Positions 57,286 to 64,000 of a DNA stretch of 64,000 bases are shown here, piece by piece (the first letter of the stretch is position 1; every line of letters starts with the position of its first letter). This stretch comes from Takakia lepidozioides (taxonomy: Eukaryota; Plantae; Bryophyta): NCBI GenBank assembly GCA_030704615.1, contig CM060733.1, forward strand, positions 65,286,001-65,350,000, written 5' to 3'. Below the pieces are notes generated by a model that searched no databases, was not told the origin of the DNA, and worked only from the letters and a program-made list of their open reading frames with translations. The translations under genes were made by a program, and so were the position numbers.

Positions 57286-58814
57286 TTATCCTCACCTCCG
57301 GAACCCTCCGAAGCTTCTCTCTGCCCTGAAGCTGTTGGAGTATGGGGACGAGCAGATTTGGCCATTTAATATGGATATCCTGCAAGATCAGCAGGAACAG
57401 ATTAAGAAGAAGGGGGGTTTTGTTCCATTTCCCTGGGAAATTGAAGGATTGTAGTTGGGTTCGTGAATGGGTTATCAAGAGCACTTGGGTGCGGGTGGTT
57501 GTCTCAAACAACTCTTCTGTCAAGCCATGGGTAGAAGATTCTTTGCTGTTATGTTTGAAGACCCTTCCGTTGCGGATAGGCTCTGGCGTCCAATCCCATT
57601 ATGTCTTAGCAACGAGTGAATGTTTCCCCTTGGTCTCCCGATTCACTACAACAGATCCCGGCTTTAAGGTCTGCCACATTTGCCCAGTCGTAGCATATAT
57701 GTCTGCAAAATGCAAGGGGGCAGTCTTGGTTGCCAATTGTGACCACCAGAAGTCGTATATGCCACCTTGTACCTCTGCTCGTCAGGATCTGCGGTCAAAC
57801 ACATTTGACCAGATAAGGGAAGATGGTAGATACGACTACGAGTCATGGCCAAACTGCAACATGATGATGTGGGCATGGGAATGTATGACTGCCAATATTC
57901 ACGACTGCACGTGGCGATTGCCGGTTGCCCAAGGAGTATCTACGTGGACGATGCAAACATAAATGGATGAAACAAATGTAGGATGTGATTGCAAATGACG
58001 AAGTGTCAACATATCATTGCTCGCGGTGCACTAAGCCACACCCTGTGAATGAAGGAATGAATGGATGAATGAATGATTAGGATGAATTTGATGAGTGAAC
58101 TAGGATGAATTATGATGAATGTGCTTGAATTTAGGGTTGCTAGGTCGCAGTGTTAAGTATGAGGATAATAAGTAGTAAAAATATTTAACTACTGTTTCAC
58201 TGACCCAACAGATTAACAGTAAACTAATCGACTGCTGGTTAAGGTTAGTGTGAAAAAACAACCGTATTATCTCAACGAATGATACACAAACGCCTTGCTG
58301 ACAACTATTGGATGAACGTATCAAACATAACTTTTGTGCACTGGATGAACGTATGACCGAATGATACAACAAACGCCTTGCTTGCAAATATTGGATGAAA
58401 GTAGGAACGAATGATAATGCAAACGCTAAGCTGGCAGCTATTGGATGAACTGACAGTGAAACTCATTTAAAGATTCATTTTGGATGAATGGATGAAATTA
58501 AAATGGCCAAAAAATGGTAAAATAAATGAATGGATGGATGTATTGATGGAAAACCCAAAATACATCCATCTATTGCTACATTCATCCATCCAGTCATGAG
58601 TAGAGGGGACTTGGCGTTTGTTTGTCTCCCCTGCCATCTATTTGTTTTCTTTGTGTTGAGTTTGACAAACAGGACGGAGCTGTGTTTGCTTTCTTTTAGT
58701 GTCGAGTCTGATCATGAAAGACGTCGAACATGGCGGAGCTATGTTTGTTTTGTGTTAGTGTCGAGTCCGATCATGAGAGACGACGAGCGGAGCTGGTGGA
58801 TAGGGGGCAGACAG

Positions 58815-58895
58815 GGACTCAAACCCTAGAATCGGGGCATAAAGATGTGGTGCACGATGTGGCCATCGACTACTATGGGAAGCGGCTGGCCACCT
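58815..58895 (+). pseudogene. Isolated fragment of the SEC13 (WD40) N-terminus
   Basis: QTLESGHKDVVHDVAIDYYGKRLAT matches the conserved SEC13 start. Similarity stops abruptly after RLAT. Confidence 0.8.
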
Positions 58896-59383
58896 TCACG
58901 ATGGACAACCGCAATCGCAAGGTGTGCATGTACGATGTGAAGAAGTTTGTCCATCCTGCAAATGTGGGCTCTTGACGACTGTTAGTACCATGATTTGGTA
59001 TTCTTCCTGCTGTTTACAAGGTTCTTCGGAGAGTCAGCTTGGTCTTAGCATGTCGTGTTTCAATCTCCGCTCGCTCAGCTGCACTATGGTGGTTCTCATG
59101 GACCAATCCGACATTACCGGACTACAGACACAAGCAGCACACACAAGAGGTCCGTTTGGGTTCATGGTCAGTCCTCCATGGGTCATGACACAAGGTCGAG
59201 GACAATGTGGTGAGGGCACCTTCTTCTTCGACCTTTTGCCCTCTCATCAGACTCGGCCATAAATTTGCAGCATGGAGCAGAGCTGGCTTGAGTTTTTTAA
59301 AGATCCTTCACGATGGTGCGACAACCGCAATCGCAAGGTGTGGTTTTTCTTAATGTACGATATGAAGAAGTTTGTCCATCCTG

Positions 59384-62300
59384 CTGGTGATATCCGGATC
59401 GTAAATCCAAAGTGCTAAAGACCTTGGCATGCCCAATGGCATCAAAGATCTCCTCTGGTGTTGGCATAGCATACCTATCGGACTTGGTCTGACGATTTAC
59501 AGGCCGGTAATCACCGCACATACGTCTCCGTCCAATTGCCATAGACATCCTTCTTGGCTGGCATCACTGTGGCTGAAGCATACTCTCCCCCAGATAGCTC
59601 CACCAAACCAGCCTCCCAAAGGTCCTGAGTTCTCATTTGAATCAAGGACCTCTCCATGTCACTGTATCTATAGGGTCTCCAAAAGATTGGCGTGTCAGTA
59701 GCCAATTCAATGCGAATCTCTTGACCCTTCAGTGCTCCTAAGTCCTTCAAACTGAAGGCAAAGCAGTTCTTGTAAGCCCTCAAGAACGGCCGTATACGTC
59801 GTCTCTCTCCTCCGGTGACTATAGGTCCAACATCAGGCTCCCAGTTGTCCTCCGTGACTGCAACCTTGAGTCCAGCAGGCTTAGAGGTAGAAGACTCGTC
59901 CCGTGGTTGCTATGCTACAACCTCTTGAGCAGTACTCCTTTCCTGCTCAGTCGATGACAAGGCCTGATCCTGCCCCATCATGTCATCATTGAGAACCTCC
60001 TCAACCCGAGAAGAATCCCCAACCTCATCCATCACAGCTGCCTTGGCTGCCAACTCCCTCTGGACCTCGAGCACCTCCCACGTGTGTCATGGATGTCTAC
60101 ACCCCGTTGTCCTCACCGGCTCGCCCCCACTCGCTACCTATATCGTCTCGGTAGGCAGAGAGACCGTCAAGGACTCCGCACTCTACGTTGCTCAGCCATA
60201 GCCAAGCTGATAATCCAGGTCAAGCAATTGATATCCATTGCTTGCCCCAACACCTGACGACGTGATGCCTCAGAAAGAGAAGGCACCGTCGTGGTCCCAG
60301 TGGAAAACCCCATAGCCCACTCTCGCTCGTCGGCATTAGGCTCCACTAACTGCTGCAACTGAGCATCCCACAGGTGGCCAGGTCCACCATCCCGAAAAGC
60401 ATGGGATCCTGGGAAGCTGAGCAGTGTAGGTAATGCTGCTCGTGGTTGACCCACCCTGTTGACCACTGCCAAAGGCGAATGGTCATCGTGTCTCACACGT
60501 TGAGACTGCCTCCCTGTGTCCAAAATACCATCCACTGTGAGGTGTGCTGGCCGCTGCACCCCATCAAATGCACGCTTGAGCAGTGCGGGTGACATCAAGT
60601 TAGTCCACCATAACCGTGGACGATGAGCCTGTGATCCCACTGCAGCTGCATCCAGCAACACTGCTGACCCAAGCCACGACCGGACTTGATGCACACTGGC
60701 CATCACCTTGGCCCGAGAATCACCCATCAGTGGCACATTCTCCAAGATGTATGCTGGAGATACAGCGTGATGAAGTTGCAAGTGGCGCAAAATGCACACC
60801 ATCTCCCAAAACAGACCCGTCCTCAAGTCTTGCAATCCATTGCCATGCCCGGCTGATGAATGCCCTTGGCAGGGCCAACCTGCCACTACCAGATCAATGG
60901 AGCCAACCTGCTCCAAATCCTGTGCCCCTAGCAACGAAATGTCTGCTGGCACGGCCTGCTGATATCCACGAACTGCAGACACCGGCAACAACTCAGGGTA
61001 CTGCTGCACCATCTGAGCAACATGGCGCAGTGAGACGCGCGTCGCAGTCTCATCCCTCTCCACATATAGGTAACGTCGAACTCGTACACCTGCCTGCAGC
61101 ACTGCAGCCAATCCAGTGCTGATCCCGCCAAACAAATCCAGAAGGCATATGCCTTCATCCGGGCACTGCCACACAATAGGTGTGGTGTCCAATGGTGACA
61201 ACTGAGGTGGTCCTGGTGCAATCACCGCACTCTCCTCCTCTCCTAACGGTACGAAAACTTCTACCCAAGCTTGTTGCACCCGTCCATCAGCAGCCTGCTG
61301 CAACTCCTTGCTCGTACCCTACAATGGAGTGTGAGCAACCATGGCAGGCAACTCTGCCATACCATGCATGTCATCCTGCTCTGCTGGAGGTGGCACATCC
61401 TCGGCATGGGCATTGCCTTCTAGCAACTCTTCAGGCCAACTAACTGCAGCTGTAAAGGCGGCTAGTGTTGGCATCTTGCCCCGCTGGGCAGCCGCAATAC
61501 CCCCAATGAATGTTACAGGGAGCTGTGCACGGCGACCATCCCCTGACTGCCATCCAGGCCTGTGGGATGCTGACTCCTCCCCTCCTGGTTGGGTATCTGG
61601 ACATCGTAAGACCGCGTCTGTCACAATGGCCTTGGCTCGCATCACTGAGCCATCTCTAGGATGATCCGGCTGTAGTCTAATGGCTAACTGATGCCGTGTC
61701 ATGCCCCGAGCTTGCTCTGATCCTCCCAGAGATGTCTGTATCTGGAAATGACAAGGCTCCATATCCGCCTCCATGAGGCCCAAACCTGCAATAGCAGCTC
61801 TGGCCAACATCAGTGGCTGAGCTCCCGAGTCCAACAAGACCCGAAGTGGCTGGTACTTCTTGCCTGCCGGTCCACTCAAAGTGAAAATGCCATCCTGGTT
61901 GTCTAACAAGACAACTCCAGGTGTCACCATGGCGCGCTCAAAGGCTGGCCTAGCTGGCAACTCCGTCAAACCTGGCAGCTGCAGCTTGCCATGGCGCAGC
62001 CGTGGCAGTCTTGACCCTCAAATCCGAGGATCCCTCTGCCACTACACCTTCCACTAACTCCGTAGAAGATGAAGTAACCTCCCCACTCTCACAGAGTTTT
62101 GCTGCTAGTCTGAACACTGCAGCTGGTCTTACCCCCGGCGTCGCAATCATGGTTGCCGAGAACAGTGGGGCTTGACACACAGAGGTGGCTGCCCCCAATA
62201 ATACACCGGCTGCACTAGCCTTGGCAGCAGGTGTCAGTGCTGCACGTGTAGCTCTCCCCAATGGCACAGTAATCTCCGCCTCAGTAACAGTCGAGCGAGA

Positions 62301-64000
62301 ACTAGGTGCCATGGATGGCGTCGACACAGTCTCCGCCAATGTGAATGACTGAGGAAGCCTCGCCTGACGGCTTGCCTCCCCATGCTGTGGATCCAATTCC
62401 ACCTCTGCACCTCGTGGCTCAGGAACTCGTGATGCTCCTCGAGTCACGGCTGCAGCAGACTCCACCTGCTCTAGTGGTAGCGCTGCTCCGCACATGAATC
62501 CCATGCCTCCCATATCTCCTCCCTCAGGAGAAGGAGGTGGACCATCCCGCCTGGGAGCCGGTGCCGCCTGAGCTATAGCCATGGCAGCGAGCCTCTGCTC
62601 TAGCTGCTGAAGCCGATTGGCCATGCCTTGGACAACACCCTGACCTCCGCGTCTTTAGCCATGTTGAGCTTGCCCTTGGCCTGCACCTCGTGCCCGACCA
62701 CCTCGTCCCCGGCCACCATTGTTCCCTTGGAATTGGCCTGGGCGCAACTCAGGATGCAAGTCATAACACTGGACATCTTCATGCCCATACTTGCCACAAT
62801 GCCCACACTGCAACTGTGCAGGATGTGCTTGTGCCGGCCTTTTGCCACTCTCTGGGCAATCTCTCTTGACATGGGGTCCTCCACATGTCCAACATATCAC
62901 CCCTGGTTGTTGTTGGCCTGCAAAAGATGCCACGGGCCTCTGCACCTGAGGTCCCCTGTAAGCTCCATGGAACTTGGGTTGGAAAACCTTGCCCCCCTGA
63001 CCACGCTGTTGGGCAGTCCCTTGTGCCTGTGGGCTGGCAGCTGCGCCTCGTGCAGGCATGTCTTTACCAAATCCAATGGTAACAACTCGCTCCTCCACTA
63101 TGTTGAGCTCAATCCGCTCAGCCAGCAGAAACACATCTGCTAATGTGGGTTGGGCTGCTTGTAACAGGGTTGAATCCCGCACCCTTCTCCTGAGCTCCTT
63201 GTCCAAAATTCCATACCAGAACTGGATTGCCTGAGCTTCAGTAACCCCTTGGGTCACCACTTATCAAGCGCCTCATACGAGTGTAGGCCTCTCGCAAGCT
63301 CTCACTGGGTTTGCGCTGGAAGTCTTGCAAACTTCGCAGCTTCTCTGTCCGTACACCTTGGTAGTTCCACCGCAACTCCTGAAAGAACTCCACCACCGGG
63401 TTGAATCTAGGCACATGTGTTGTAGTCATGGCAGGAGGAGTAGTAGCACCTTTTAAATTGGTACCACCTGCAGAAGTACCAGCACTACTTGTTCCACTAT
63501 TAGTGCTGGCAGTGAGAGATATTGGTACTGATGCAGCTACTGGTCGCGTCATGCCTCGAGTAATGGAGACGTAGTCAGGTGACCAATACATCCTCCACTC
63601 CTCAATCTCTGCTTCATGTCCTCGCCTGAACTCGTGGTAATCGTCCATAGGCGGGCCTTCCAAATGCTGGAACAGTCCCTTCCACGCCATGAATGGGGTG
63701 AATAGCTGTGGATTGCGCATCTGCTGCAAATCACACCAGCTGTCGAACTCCTGGATAAAGTCATCCAACTCGATTGTGCCCACAGCTCCAGAGTACCTAC
63801 GAGGCCCCTTGGTAGCTCCATACATCTCCTCCATGTCGTCCCACAACAATGATAAATGAAACTGCACACCTGTTGATGAAGCCTCCGAATCTGTATCTGA
63901 CTCTGCACTAGTTGAGGGTGGAGGTGAAGGTGGTCTGAAACGAACACCTCGTCTGGTGAACCCACTCTCACTACTACTGCCTGTAGCCGTACTCCCCTCA
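59384..64000 (-). mobile_element. Ty3/gypsy retrotransposon with gag - protease - C5 DNA methyltransferase - RT; 3' truncated, 5' end beyond the window
   Basis: gag 63867-62655 with two CCHC knuckles. Protease VLLDSGAQ (61969-61319). DNMT 61303-60167. RT start (RRMCGDYRPVN...FSTLDLRSGYHQ) cut at 59384. Confidence 0.9.
60167..61303 (-). CDS. Retrotransposon-encoded C5-cytosine DNA methyltransferase domain
   Basis: Uninterrupted 378 codons with the motifs in order: I LDLFGGISTG, II YVERD, IV AGWPCQGHS (catalytic Cys), VI ILENV, VIII AHRPRLWW, IX EREWAMGF, X LGQAMD. Confidence 0.9.
   Translation of the reverse strand: MQQAADGRVQQAWVEVFVPLGEEESAVIAPGPPQLSPLDTTPIVWQCPDEGICLLDLFGGISTGLAAVLQAGVRVRRYLYVERDETATRVSLRHVAQMVQQYPELLPVSAVRGYQQAVPADISLLGAQDLEQVGSIDLVVAGWPCQGHSSAGHGNGLQDLRTGLFWEMVCILRHLQLHHAVSPAYILENVPLMGDSRAKVMASVHQVRSWLGSAVLLDAAAVGSQAHRPRLWWTNLMSPALLKRAFDGVQRPAHLTVDGILDTGRQSQRVRHDDHSPLAVVNRVGQPRAALPTLLSFPGSHAFRDGGPGHLWDAQLQQLVEPNADEREWAMGFSTGTTTVPSLSEASRRQVLGQAMDINCLTWIISLAMAEQRRVRSP

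Noticed and set aside
60167-61303. Host DNA methyltransferase gene or bacterial contamination
   Set aside because: Intronless, embedded between gypsy protease and RT, linked to RT in a second copy, and flanked by plant sequence.

Overview
Repeat-rich eukaryotic nuclear DNA from a land plant, probably a non-seed plant (inference from gene and TE content). The only intact host gene is an 18-exon peroxisomal beta-oxidation multifunctional protein (AIM1/MFP type, minus strand, 11553-2788, 721 aa, ending in the PTS1 SRL). The rest is nested, decayed mobile DNA plus one pseudogene. There are two copies of a MULE-like element with GCM-type and SWIM zinc fingers, one carrying a captured intron-containing USP gene fragment. 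Three LTR-retrotransposon 3' ends carry a long unknown ORF directly before the PPT/LTR. A Ty3/gypsy element has both LTRs, and further LTR pieces of its family lie nearby. There are also Harbinger, piggyBac-like, LINE and SINE remnants, and a PPR-DYW pseudogene with an N-terminal OSB-type PDF motif, interrupted by a solo LTR. The most notable feature is a Ty3/gypsy family (two copies) that encodes a C5-cytosine DNA methyltransferase inside its polyprotein, between protease and reverse transcriptase. All calls come from reading the sequence and recalled motifs; no searches were run.
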